From an uncultured Thermoleophilia bacterium (GTDB taxonomy: Bacteria > Actinomycetota > Thermoleophilia > Gaiellales > F1-60-MAGs149), in the NCBI GenBank assembly GCA_902806305.1, contig CADCWC010000218.1, positions 1 through 24,936 on the forward strand: a DNA stretch of 24,936 bases. Reading direction: 5' to 3'. The notes below the pieces were generated by a model. The model was not told where the DNA came from. It ran no database searches and saw nothing but the letters and a program-made list of their open reading frames with translations. Numbering within the stretch: position 1 is the stretch's first letter; each line of letters starts with the position of its first letter. Both the position numbers and the translations under genes were made by a program. Of this stretch, positions 9,210 to 17,541 are shown in pieces.

Positions 9210-9215
9210 CGCGCC

Positions 9216-9263
9216 CCGCGTCCTGGCGCCCCTCCGGTTCAGCCGAGCGGCGCCAGGACGCGG
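9216..9263. terminator. 15-bp perfect inverted repeat between convergent genes (likely bidirectional terminator)
   Basis: CCGCGTCCTGGCGCC (9216-9230) / GGCGCCAGGACGCGG (9249-9263), 18-nt loop containing the flavin reductase stop codon. Confidence 0.55.
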
Positions 9264-9841
9264 ACGAGCGGGTCGTTCAGGTCCTCGTCGTCCTCGAGCG
9301 AGAGCGGCCCGCCCTTGACGGCCAGGGCAGGCAGGCGCGGCAGCATCCGCAGCGCGCTCTCGTGGAACAGCAGCGGGGTCTCGTCGGCGCGGCCGCAGCG
9401 CTCGACGAGGCCGAACATCACGTCGTGGTCACCGACCCGGACCACCTCGTGGAGCTTGCAGACGAGGAGGGCGAGCCAGTGGTCGAGGATCGGCACGCCC
9501 TCCTCGTCGAGGTGATGGGAGACCGCGTCGAAGCGAGGCGCGTGGAAGCCGACGAACGCGCGCGCCGAGGAGATCTGGTCGTGAGCCAGCACGTGGATGG
9601 CGAACCGGCCCGAGGTCTTCGCCGCCTCGCAGGTGCGCGCGCCGATCTGCGAGCAGACGAGCACGATCGGCGGGTCGAGCGACACGCTGGTGAACGAGTT
9701 GGCCGTCATACCGCAGAGGGTGCCGTCCTCGGCCGCGGCCGAGACGATCGTCACCCCCGTCGGGTACGAGCTCATCACGGAGCGGAACGTGGCCGGGTCG
9801 AAGGCGTCGCCCAGCGAGGAGAGGTCGGACATGGACGTCAT
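9239..9841 (-). CDS. Flavin reductase family protein (HpaC/DszD-like)
   Basis: FR.VMS.YPTGVTIVS, GMTANSFTSVSLDPP.VLVC, GDHDV.FG.V, PLLF; the start may be at 9832 instead. Confidence 0.92.
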   Translation of the reverse strand: MTSMSDLSSLGDAFDPATFRSVMSSYPTGVTIVSAAAEDGTLCGMTANSFTSVSLDPPIVLVCSQIGARTCEAAKTSGRFAIHVLAHDQISSARAFVGFHAPRFDAVSHHLDEEGVPILDHWLALLVCKLHEVVRVGDHDVMFGLVERCGRADETPLLFHESALRMLPRLPALAVKGGPLSLEDDEDLNDPLVRVLAPLG

Positions 9842-9874
9842 TGTCCCCGGGTCCGGCCGGTTGCAGCAAGGAGA

Positions 9875-9903
9875 CGGGTCGGCGCCTCGCCGGCGCCGAC
9901 CCG
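9875..9903 (-). terminator. Hairpin downstream of the APC permease
   Basis: CGGGTCGGCGCC / GGCGCCGACCCG 12-bp stem, 5-nt loop, followed on the minus strand by TCTCCTT. Confidence 0.55.
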
Positions 9904-9935
9904 CCCGTCACCGCGTCGGGCGTCCGCGGCGTCGA

Positions 9936-11450
9936 TCAGTGGACGCCGGTGCCGGTCAGGACGCGCTCCTCGTCGGGCGTCCGTGGCGCGGGCATTCGCA
10001 GCGTCAGCTTCGACTTGTCCTCGACGATCACCCGGTAGGCGAAGAAGGCGAGCGACATCGCGAGGACGAAGACGCCGACCAGGAGCTCCTTGTACTCGCC
10101 GTAGCCGGTGAGCTTGAAGGAGAGCGACCCGACGACGAGGATGATGACGTCGTAGACGAGCAGGACGGCGGCGATCGGCACCCACGCCGGTCCGACGCGC
10201 AGGGGCCGCGGCCACGCCGGGCGGTCCCGGCGCAGCAGCAGGAAGGCGGAGACGGCCGCCACGTGGGCGAACACGTAGCCGAGGTTCGACATCGTCAGGA
10301 TCTGGATCACGGCCGTGGGGCCGGCGAACAGGATCGTGACCGCGATGTTCATGACGGCGTCCAGGGTCATCGCGTTCCCGGGCACATGCCGTCGGTTGGC
10401 CTTGCCGAGCCAGCGCAGCGTCATGTCCGCCCGCGAGATGCCGTAGAGGGCACGCGACCCGTCCATGGTCGCCGTGTTCATCGACAGCAGGATGCCCGCG
10501 CAGAGCAGGATCACCGCGACCGACGTGAACCCCGTCCCGAGGATCGCCTCGAGGGCGGTCGTGTAGAACGAGTAGGCGTTCTCGACCGTGATGTTCTGGT
10601 CGCCGACGATGCCGACCGCGCCGAGCGGCAGCAGGCCGTAGACGAGGATGCCGAACACCGCGGCGGCCCGCAGCGCCTTCGGCGTGTCGTTCACCGGGTC
10701 CTTGTACTCGGCCGCGAACGTGGCGCAGCACTCGAAGCCGTACGCCGACCAGCACATGATGTAGAGCCAGGCGATCACCAGGCGCAGGCCGTTGTCGCCG
10801 CCGAAGCTGCCCCAGTCGACGTTGTTCGAGAGGTTGTCGGCGCTCCAGTCGCCCGTCAGGTAGGGCAGGAACATCAGGATCGCGAGCGGGATCAGGAGCA
10901 GCGCGCCCGTGATGTACGAGACCCACACCGCCGGGCGGACGCCCATGATGTTCGACAGCCAGAGCGCGATGATCAGGAAGATCGCGACGAAGATCGGGAA
11001 CGTGAAGGTCACGTCGACGATGCCGAGGCCGAGCGTGCGGTTCCAGCCGGACTCCGGGTCCGCGGTCCCCTCGAAGAACTGCGCCTGGATCAGGCCGCCG
11101 ATGATGATGCCGTTGACGGAGAGGACGACCGACCAGCCGAGCCAGTACCCGAAGGCGGCCATCGGGCCGACGAACGACGCGTAGCGCTTCCAGCCCTCGT
11201 GGGCGTAGAAGGCGATGCCGCCCGCGCGGTCCGGGAACATCGTCGACATCTCGGAGTAGATGACGTTGTGCAGGGCGCCGACGCAGACCGCGATCAGCCA
11301 CACGATCACCGCGCCCCAGCCGCCGAGCGACACGACCGAGAACCCGAGACCCGTCAGCAGGAACGCCGGATTCGCCATCGCGACGACGAAGCCGTCGAAC
11401 CACGACATTGCCCGAGCGAGTTCGCCGTCCTCTACCTCTGCAACCGCCAT
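9936..11450 (-). CDS. APC-family amino acid/amine permease
   Basis: About 12 hydrophobic segments; E..T.FPDRAGGIA, GYWLGW, WSAYGFE....FAAEYKDP..DTPKAL, DGSRALYG.S, LRR..P.WPRP; GGAGAAGG RBS; 504 aa. Confidence 0.92.
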   Translation of the reverse strand: MAVAEVEDGELARAMSWFDGFVVAMANPAFLLTGLGFSVVSLGGWGAVIVWLIAVCVGALHNVIYSEMSTMFPDRAGGIAFYAHEGWKRYASFVGPMAAFGYWLGWSVVLSVNGIIIGGLIQAQFFEGTADPESGWNRTLGLGIVDVTFTFPIFVAIFLIIALWLSNIMGVRPAVWVSYITGALLLIPLAILMFLPYLTGDWSADNLSNNVDWGSFGGDNGLRLVIAWLYIMCWSAYGFECCATFAAEYKDPVNDTPKALRAAAVFGILVYGLLPLGAVGIVGDQNITVENAYSFYTTALEAILGTGFTSVAVILLCAGILLSMNTATMDGSRALYGISRADMTLRWLGKANRRHVPGNAMTLDAVMNIAVTILFAGPTAVIQILTMSNLGYVFAHVAAVSAFLLLRRDRPAWPRPLRVGPAWVPIAAVLLVYDVIILVVGSLSFKLTGYGEYKELLVGVFVLAMSLAFFAYRVIVEDKSKLTLRMPAPRTPDEERVLTGTGVH

Positions 11451-11598
11451 CGCATCGACCGCCTTCTCCGAGGGAACGTCCGGCCTAGGAAAGCGTCCGC
11501 CCAGGCAGGAGGCAAGTGTGGAGGATCTACCGTCTTCACGCCCGTTTTCCTGCCGGAAGTGCTATAGCCCCGGTGCGGACCGGAAGGAGAATTGCGGG

Positions 11599-11964
11599 AT
11601 GCTGCGTCAGGATCCACCGAAGATCACGATCACGTGCGACTGCGGCGAGGTCCACCGCCTTGCCTACGGCGACGAGGTGGCCTGCCGTTGCGGGCGCCGC
11701 TACGACACCTCGGCCATCCCGGCCGAGGACTACGCCGCGATCAGGGCGACGCGCCGGCGCTTCCGGCTGCTGCAGGGGGCGTTCGCCGTCGCCCTCGGCG
11801 GCCTGATGCTGGCCACGCTGCTCCTCCGGCCACGAGCGGCGGTCATCCTCGTGCCGCTGGTGCTGATGGTGTGGTTCGTCTACCTGCGCCCGCTGCTCCG
11901 GCGCTGGTACCGGCGACAGGTCGCCGAGCTCACGCTGCGCTGGACGCTCGAGGCCAAGGCGTAG
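11599..11964 (+). CDS. Hypothetical small membrane protein with N-terminal CxC...CxC motif and two TM helices
   Basis: GGAAGGAG RBS 9 nt before ATG 11599; ITITCDCGEVHRLAYGDEVACRCGRRYD, then two hydrophobic helices flanked by Arg clusters; GC3-rich codons; 121 aa. Confidence 0.72.
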   Translation: MLRQDPPKITITCDCGEVHRLAYGDEVACRCGRRYDTSAIPAEDYAAIRATRRRFRLLQGAFAVALGGLMLATLLLRPRAAVILVPLVLMVWFVYLRPLLRRWYRRQVAELTLRWTLEAKA

Positions 11965-12010
11965 CGGTGGGCGCACGTGTCCGGACGGCGCCGACGCGGG
12001 ACGCGGTCCG

Positions 12011-13273
12011 GTGCTGCTCGCGCTGACGAACGCCCGCGTCTTCACGGCGACGGGCGAGCCCGCGCTCGCGTCGGGCGTCGTCGTGGTGGAGGACGCCCGG
12101 ATCCGCTCCGTCGACCCCTGGCCGACCGAGCTCCCGGAGGGCTGCGTCGCCGTGGACCTCGCGGGCCGGACGCTCCTGCCCGGCTTCGTCGACGCCCACG
12201 TGCACCTCGTCTACCGGGAGGGCCTGGACGACTGGTACACGTTCGAGCTCGCCACGCCGCTCGAGGCCGCCGCCGTCGACGCGACGATCAACGCCGGTCG
12301 GCTGCTCGAGATGGGCATCACGTCGGTGCGTGACGTCGGCACGCGCGGCAACATCGCCGTGGTGCTGCGGGACGCGATCCGGGGCGGCCGGCTGGGTGGG
12401 CCGCGCGTCCGCGCGTCGAAGCAGATCATCTCCGTCTCGGGCGGTCTCACGGATGTCCACCCGAGCCACCTGCCGATCGACGGGCGGCACGCCGCGACGA
12501 CCGGCGAACGGGTGACGGGGCCGTGGGAGGCCCGCGACGCGGTCCGCCGTCAGGTCAAGGACGGCGTCGACTGGATCAAGGTCGAGGCGAGCGGCACGTT
12601 CAACAGCCCGTACTCGCCCGGCGATCGCGAGACGATGTCGGCCGAGGAGCTCCGGGCGATCGTGGACGAGGCCTCCGACAAGGGCCGCCCCGTCGCCTGC
12701 CACGCCGAGTCGCGACGGAGCATCCTGCGGGCCGCCGCCGCTGGCGTGCGGACGATCGAGCACGCCGTCGACCTGGACGACGCGGCCGTCGAGGCCGTCC
12801 TCGAGGCCGGCGCGGCGATCTGTCCGACGATGGGGATCTACCGCAACCTGGCCGTCCGCGGCCGTGAGTTCGGGTTCGCCGACGAGGTGGTGGAGCGCAA
12901 CCTGGCCAATCACCGCCGCCACGTGGAGTCGATCCGCCGGGCCCACCGCGCGGGGCTGACGATCATCGCCGGGAGCGACGCCGGCTCGTCCCGGTTCCCG
13001 CACGACGGCGCGCTGCTGCGGGAGATCTGCCTCTACGTCGAGCTGGTCGGGATGACCGCGGGCGAGGCGCTCGTGACCGCGACCCGCGCGGCCGCGACGG
13101 TGATCGGGCTCGGCGACGAGGTCGGCACGATCGAGGCGGGCAAGCGGGCCGACCTCGTCGTGATCGCCGGCGATCCGCTCGGGCGCATCACGACGCTGAC
13201 CGACCCGGGCGCCGTGGAAGCTGTGCTGCAGGACGGCCGCGTCGTCGCGGGGGCCCTCCCCGGAATGGGCTGA
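12011..13273 (+). CDS. Metal-dependent amidohydrolase (prolidase/imidazolonepropionase-like subgroup)
   Basis: LLPGFVDAHVHL (HxH), G.TSVRDVG, WIKVEASG (putative carbamylated Lys), CHAES, IEHA, AGSDAG, G.IE.GKRADLVV; 420 aa. Confidence 0.92.
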   Translation: MLLALTNARVFTATGEPALASGVVVVEDARIRSVDPWPTELPEGCVAVDLAGRTLLPGFVDAHVHLVYREGLDDWYTFELATPLEAAAVDATINAGRLLEMGITSVRDVGTRGNIAVVLRDAIRGGRLGGPRVRASKQIISVSGGLTDVHPSHLPIDGRHAATTGERVTGPWEARDAVRRQVKDGVDWIKVEASGTFNSPYSPGDRETMSAEELRAIVDEASDKGRPVACHAESRRSILRAAAAGVRTIEHAVDLDDAAVEAVLEAGAAICPTMGIYRNLAVRGREFGFADEVVERNLANHRRHVESIRRAHRAGLTIIAGSDAGSSRFPHDGALLREICLYVELVGMTAGEALVTATRAAATVIGLGDEVGTIEAGKRADLVVIAGDPLGRITTLTDPGAVEAVLQDGRVVAGALPGMG

Positions 13274-13280
13274 CGTCTCC

Positions 13281-13314
13281 GCCGGCCGGGAGCGCGACCG
13301 CGCTCCCGGCCGGC
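13281..13314. terminator. Bidirectional terminator hairpin
   Basis: GCCGGCCGGGAGCGC / GCGCTCCCGGCCGGC 15-bp perfect stem, 4-nt GACC loop, between convergent stops at 13273 and 13326. Confidence 0.75.
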
Positions 13315-13325
13315 GCGATCACCCG

Positions 13326-14723
13326 TCAGGCGGGCGAGCCGCCGTTCGATGAGCCGTCGGCCTCGCCGAGCAGGCGCTCGGCCAGCTTGCGCTTCTCCTC
13401 GGGACCGAGCTTCTTGATCTCGTTCTCCATCGCGCGCGTGTTGACGACCTGGTTCCAGTAGTCGAGCGAGTCGTAGCCGAGCAGCGCCGTCTTGCCCACG
13501 AACTGGCGCAGCACCTCGTTCGTCGGGCCCATGACCCAGCCCGCCTTGCCGTCGCGCAGGTAGCGCTCGATGTCGAGCGGCTTCTTCTTGTAGCCCGTGC
13601 CGCCCGTGCAGTGCAGCATCTTGTCGACGACCCGGGCGACGTTCTTCGCGGCCCGGAACTTGATCTGCCACAGGAACGGCAGGTAGTCCGCGCGGGCGAG
13701 CTCGCCGACCGGCGGATTGCGTCGCGCGTCGTCCGTGACCTTGTCGAGCGCCTGGGCGACCGAGAACGTGAACGCACGGGCCGAGTTCGTCTCGATGATC
13801 GCCTCGCCGACGGCGTCCTGGATCGTCGGGTAGTCGCAGACCCGCAGGCCGACGTCCTTGTGCGTCTTGCGGGTCGTGTGGGAGATCGCGATGTCGATCG
13901 CGCCGAGCGCGATGCCGCTCCAGACGCCGGAGGACCCGATCAGGAAGTTCGGATCGACGGACTCGTCGTTCGAGGCGGCGCCGTCACCGATCGGACCGAC
14001 GAGCTGCTGCTCGGGCACGAAGCCCCAGTCGACGAGCAGGGAGCCGGACTGGTTGCCCCGCAGGCCGAGGGCGTCCCACTCCTGCGGCTCGGCCTGGATC
14101 TGCGAGGCGTCGATCAGGAAGACGGACAGGTTCGAGTAGTCGCCGCCGTAGTCGGGCGACGTCGTCTGGCAGACGTAGAAGTCGGCGAAGCCGCCCGAGG
14201 TCGTCCACGACGCCTTCTTCAGCACCTCGAAGCCGCCCTCGACCCTACGGGCGCCCGACGCCATCGGGTACCAGAAGTGGGAGCCGGTCTCGGGGTCCGA
14301 GTAGGAGAGCGTGCCGATCAGCCCGTCCTTGACCTTCTTCAGGTAGTTCTCGACGAAGTAGTCCGTCTGGCGCAGGCGGAGCGTCTCGACGGCGCCCGTG
14401 TGCATCACGTAGCACATGGCACAGGAGGCGTCGCCGTAGCGCGCGATCGTCTCCGTGACCCACGCGTAGAAGACGTGGTTCTGGCCCAGCCCGCCCCACT
14501 CCTTGGGCAGCATGACGCCGAGGAAGCCGTCCGGCCCGAGCGCCTCGAGGCTCTCGCGCGGGAACGTCAGCGTGGCGTCGTTGTGACGCGCCCGCGGCCG
14601 GATCTCCGTCTCGCAGATCTCCCGAAGGCGCGCCAGGAGTCCGATCTGCTCCTCGTTCAGGAACCAGACCGGGTCGAACATCGGGTCGAGTCCGTTCTTG
14701 GTCTCCTCGGCCACCGCGGCCAT
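13326..14723 (-). CDS. Acyl-CoA dehydrogenase-fold flavoprotein (possibly a flavin-dependent monooxygenase)
   Basis: D....FP.E.L..LG..G.LG..LP.EWGGLG, SDPETGSH, K.SW.TSGG.AD, W..LGLRG..SG, GGTGY....IERYLRD; GAAGGAGG RBS; 465 aa. Confidence 0.88.
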   Translation of the reverse strand: MAAVAEETKNGLDPMFDPVWFLNEEQIGLLARLREICETEIRPRARHNDATLTFPRESLEALGPDGFLGVMLPKEWGGLGQNHVFYAWVTETIARYGDASCAMCYVMHTGAVETLRLRQTDYFVENYLKKVKDGLIGTLSYSDPETGSHFWYPMASGARRVEGGFEVLKKASWTTSGGFADFYVCQTTSPDYGGDYSNLSVFLIDASQIQAEPQEWDALGLRGNQSGSLLVDWGFVPEQQLVGPIGDGAASNDESVDPNFLIGSSGVWSGIALGAIDIAISHTTRKTHKDVGLRVCDYPTIQDAVGEAIIETNSARAFTFSVAQALDKVTDDARRNPPVGELARADYLPFLWQIKFRAAKNVARVVDKMLHCTGGTGYKKKPLDIERYLRDGKAGWVMGPTNEVLRQFVGKTALLGYDSLDYWNQVVNTRAMENEIKKLGPEEKRKLAERLLGEADGSSNGGSPA

Positions 14724-14780
14724 ACGTCTCCTCCTTCGTCACCACCTGACCGCTCGTCAGGCGACTCATCGCCGGCGCCG

Positions 14781-14786
14781 ATCGTA
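14781..14786 (-). promoter_or_regulatory. -10 element (TACGAT) of the ACAD-fold gene
   Basis: TACGAT on the minus strand, about 57 nt before ATG 14723; no clear -35, consistent with an activator-dependent promoter. Confidence 0.4.
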
Positions 14787-14943
14787 CCGTCGGGCCAAGG
14801 TGGAGCATACGTGCGGAAGCCACACCGCGGACGGCCCGGGGGTGGGCGCCTCCCCGGGTTGCCGACCGGGGTGGGGTCGCCTACGCTCGGCCCCCGCAGG
14901 TCCCTCGGAGGACCGGCCCACGAGACACACACACGGAGGATGC

Positions 14944-16419
14944 ATGGGAGCGATCGAGAGCGGGCTCCAGCTCGAGAACCTGGTGTCGACCGTGCTCGCG
15001 TCGCCGAGGGTGGCCCCGCCGCCCGCGACGCTCGGCGAGGCCCGGAACGCGCCGGGGCGTGACGCGCAGATCGCCGACATCCAGGCCCGGATCGAGCGCG
15101 AGGGGATCCAGTACGTCTTCTTCCAGCAGGTGTCGGTGTCCGGGCACGTCAACGGCAAGGGCGTCGTCTCGGACTTCTTCGCCCAGGTGGCGAAGAACGG
15201 CTACCAGCTCGTCTACGGCGCCACGGCCGACCTGTTCCTCGACCGGCACGAGAACTACATCGGGTTCGGCCCGCACACCTCCGAGCTCGCGGCGATCGCC
15301 GACCTCGACACGTTCAGCGTGCTCCCGTGGGACCCGCGCGTGGCCCGCGTGTTCTGCGACTGCTACGACACGGAGACGGGCGGGCTGCTCGAGTCGGACC
15401 CCCGGCAGAACCTGAAGGTGGTGGCCGACGAGGTCGAGGCCGAGCTGTCGGAGCTGCTCGGCACGCAGGTCAGCTTCCTGTGCGGGATCGAGCCGGAGAT
15501 GATGTGGTTCGGGCAGAAGCCGTCGGGCGGCCAGGAGCCGATCGGGCTGACCAAGCCCTGGTGCTACCACATCAACCAGTTCGAGCAGCTGCGCGAGGTG
15601 ATCCTCGACGTCGTGGCCTACGGCAAGGCGCTCGGGCTGCGGATGAGCTACGGCGACCACGAGGACTCGCCGGGCCAGCTCGAGCTGAACTTCGCGTTCG
15701 ACCGCGCCTCGCGGACGGCCGACAACCTGACCACGTACCGCCAGATCTGCGCGGCGGTCGGCCGGAAGCACGGCCTGTTCCCGTCGTTCATGCCGAAGCC
15801 GTTCACGGGCGTGTCGGCGAACGGGGCGCACCACCACTTCACGCTCGTCGACGAGTCGGGTCGGAACGTCTTCTACGACCCGAACGGCCCGGCCACGCTC
15901 TCGGACGCGGGGCGGAGCTTCCTCGGCGGCATCCTCAAGCACTACCGCGCGCTGACCTGCGTCTCGGCGCCGACGGTCAACTCGTACAAGCGCTTCTTCG
16001 ACGAGGGCTTCTGGGCCCCGATCCACGCCGACTACGGCTGGCAGAACCGGACCTGCGCCGTGCGGGTGGCCGGCTCGGGGCGCTTCGAGTACCGCTCGGT
16101 CGACTCGGCCTGCAACCCGTACCTGACGCAGGCCGCGCTGCTGACCTGCGGGCTCGAGGGCATCCGCGACAAGATCGACCCCGGTCCGCCGCAGTCCGAG
16201 AACGTCTACGAGGTGCTCGACCGGGGCACCACGATCGGCCGCGTGCCGAACACGCTCGGCGAGGCCCTGGACGCGCTGCACGAGGACGAGACGGTCAGGG
16301 GGGCGCTCCGCGGGCACCTCTACGAGGTCTTCCGGCACTACAAGCGCGACGAGTGGGAGCGCTTCTGCTCGGCCGTCACCGACTGGGAGCGCGACCAGTA
16401 CTTCGACGTCCTGCCGTGA
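14944..16419 (+). CDS. gmaS: Gamma-glutamylmethylamide synthetase-like glutamine synthetase-family protein (GlnT/GmaS)
   Basis: GIEPE, DHEDSPGQLELNF, FMPKPF.G.SANGAHHH, YKR....WAP....YG..NRT..VR, RFEYRS.D..CNPYL. The DHED motif and adjacency to glxBCD/mgsABC favour GmaS over GlnA. GGAGG RBS; 491 aa. Confidence 0.8.
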   Translation: MGAIESGLQLENLVSTVLASPRVAPPPATLGEARNAPGRDAQIADIQARIEREGIQYVFFQQVSVSGHVNGKGVVSDFFAQVAKNGYQLVYGATADLFLDRHENYIGFGPHTSELAAIADLDTFSVLPWDPRVARVFCDCYDTETGGLLESDPRQNLKVVADEVEAELSELLGTQVSFLCGIEPEMMWFGQKPSGGQEPIGLTKPWCYHINQFEQLREVILDVVAYGKALGLRMSYGDHEDSPGQLELNFAFDRASRTADNLTTYRQICAAVGRKHGLFPSFMPKPFTGVSANGAHHHFTLVDESGRNVFYDPNGPATLSDAGRSFLGGILKHYRALTCVSAPTVNSYKRFFDEGFWAPIHADYGWQNRTCAVRVAGSGRFEYRSVDSACNPYLTQAALLTCGLEGIRDKIDPGPPQSENVYEVLDRGTTIGRVPNTLGEALDALHEDETVRGALRGHLYEVFRHYKRDEWERFCSAVTDWERDQYFDVLP

Positions 16420-16425
16420 TCGGCG

Positions 16426-16486
16426 GCCGGTGCGAGGGACGCACGCGTCCCGAGGGCCGTATGTGCATTTCGTCCCTCGCACCGGC
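16426..16486. repeat. 61-bp palindromic element, 16-bp perfect arms
   Basis: GCCGGTGCGAGGGACG (16426-16441) / CGTCCCTCGCACCGGC (16471-16486), starting 6 nt after the gmaS stop. Confidence 0.8.
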
Positions 16487-16617
16487 GGCCGGATGTGGCC
16501 GAATCGCTCCTAGACGGGGCCTCTAGGCCTCGATACGCTCCAGCGCCACGGGCCGGTATGGAGCTTCCCTCCACCGTGCGCCCGTCGGCCGTCACTCCGA
16601 AGCGAGGCAGACCAGAG

Positions 16618-17541
16618 ATGTGCGGGATCGCCGGGATCATCTACCGCGACGGGGAGCACGACGTGGGGCGCGACCTCACGCGCATGCTCCAGTCGATGAA
16701 GCACCGCGGGCCGGACTCCACCGGCTTCGCGCTCTACGGGCCGGTCGGTCCGCAGATCGTCGTGCGCTACACGCTCGCCGACGCGAACGACCCGCGCGGC
16801 ATGCACTTCGACGAGCGCATGGTCGGCAACCGACGTGAGGTCTCCTCGCGCCTGCGCAGCGCGGGCGCCGTCATCGAGGAGCTCGAGCAGGAGACGGCCT
16901 ACGCCGACCGCGCGGTGCTGACCTACGACGGCGACCTGAAGACGCTCACCGACCTGCTCGAGGACATCCAGGGCTGCGAGGTCCTGTCGCTCGGCCACTC
17001 GCTCGAGATCGTCAAGGACCTCGGCGACGCCGAGGCCGTCTGCTCGCAGTACGGCCTGGAGACGTTCCGCGGCACGCACGCCATCGGCCACGCGCGGATG
17101 GCCACCGAGTCCGAGGTCGACATCTCGGGCGCCCACCCGTACTGGGCCTACCCGTTCCCGGACGTGGCCGTGGTCCACAACGGCCAGCTGACGAACTACT
17201 TCCAGTGGCGCCGCCGCCTGGAGCGGAGCGGCCACCGGTTCCAGTCCGAGTGCGACTCGGAGATCATCGCCGTCTACGTGGCCGAGCGGATGACGGAGGG
17301 CTACACCCTCGAGGAGGCCATGCGGCAGAGCCTCGAGGAGCTCGACGGCGTCTTCACCTACATGTGCGTGACCGCGGACGCCCTCGGCGTGGCGAAGGAC
17401 GAGATGGCCGCCAAGCCGCTCGTGCTCTACGAATCGGACCAGCTCGTGGCCGTGGCCTCCGAGGGCACGGCGATCGAGACGCTGACCGACGGCGACACGT
17501 ACGACCCCTACGAGGGCGAGGTGATGGTATGGCAGCGGTAG
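16618..17541 (+). CDS. mgsA: Class II glutamine amidotransferase-like subunit (N-methylglutamate synthase subunit A, GlxB)
   Basis: N-terminal MCGIAG (Ntn Cys), HRGPDSTG, HAIGHARMATES, HP, VHNGQLTNY, SECDSE, LDG.FT; 307 aa. Confidence 0.85.
   Translation: MCGIAGIIYRDGEHDVGRDLTRMLQSMKHRGPDSTGFALYGPVGPQIVVRYTLADANDPRGMHFDERMVGNRREVSSRLRSAGAVIEELEQETAYADRAVLTYDGDLKTLTDLLEDIQGCEVLSLGHSLEIVKDLGDAEAVCSQYGLETFRGTHAIGHARMATESEVDISGAHPYWAYPFPDVAVVHNGQLTNYFQWRRRLERSGHRFQSECDSEIIAVYVAERMTEGYTLEEAMRQSLEELDGVFTYMCVTADALGVAKDEMAAKPLVLYESDQLVAVASEGTAIETLTDGDTYDPYEGEVMVWQR

Noticed and set aside
14724-14943. Riboswitch in the 220-bp ACAD/gmaS intergenic region
   Set aside because: Several short GC hairpins, but no recognisable glutamine, guanidine, glycine, THF or SAM consensus; an Infernal/Rfam scan would settle it.
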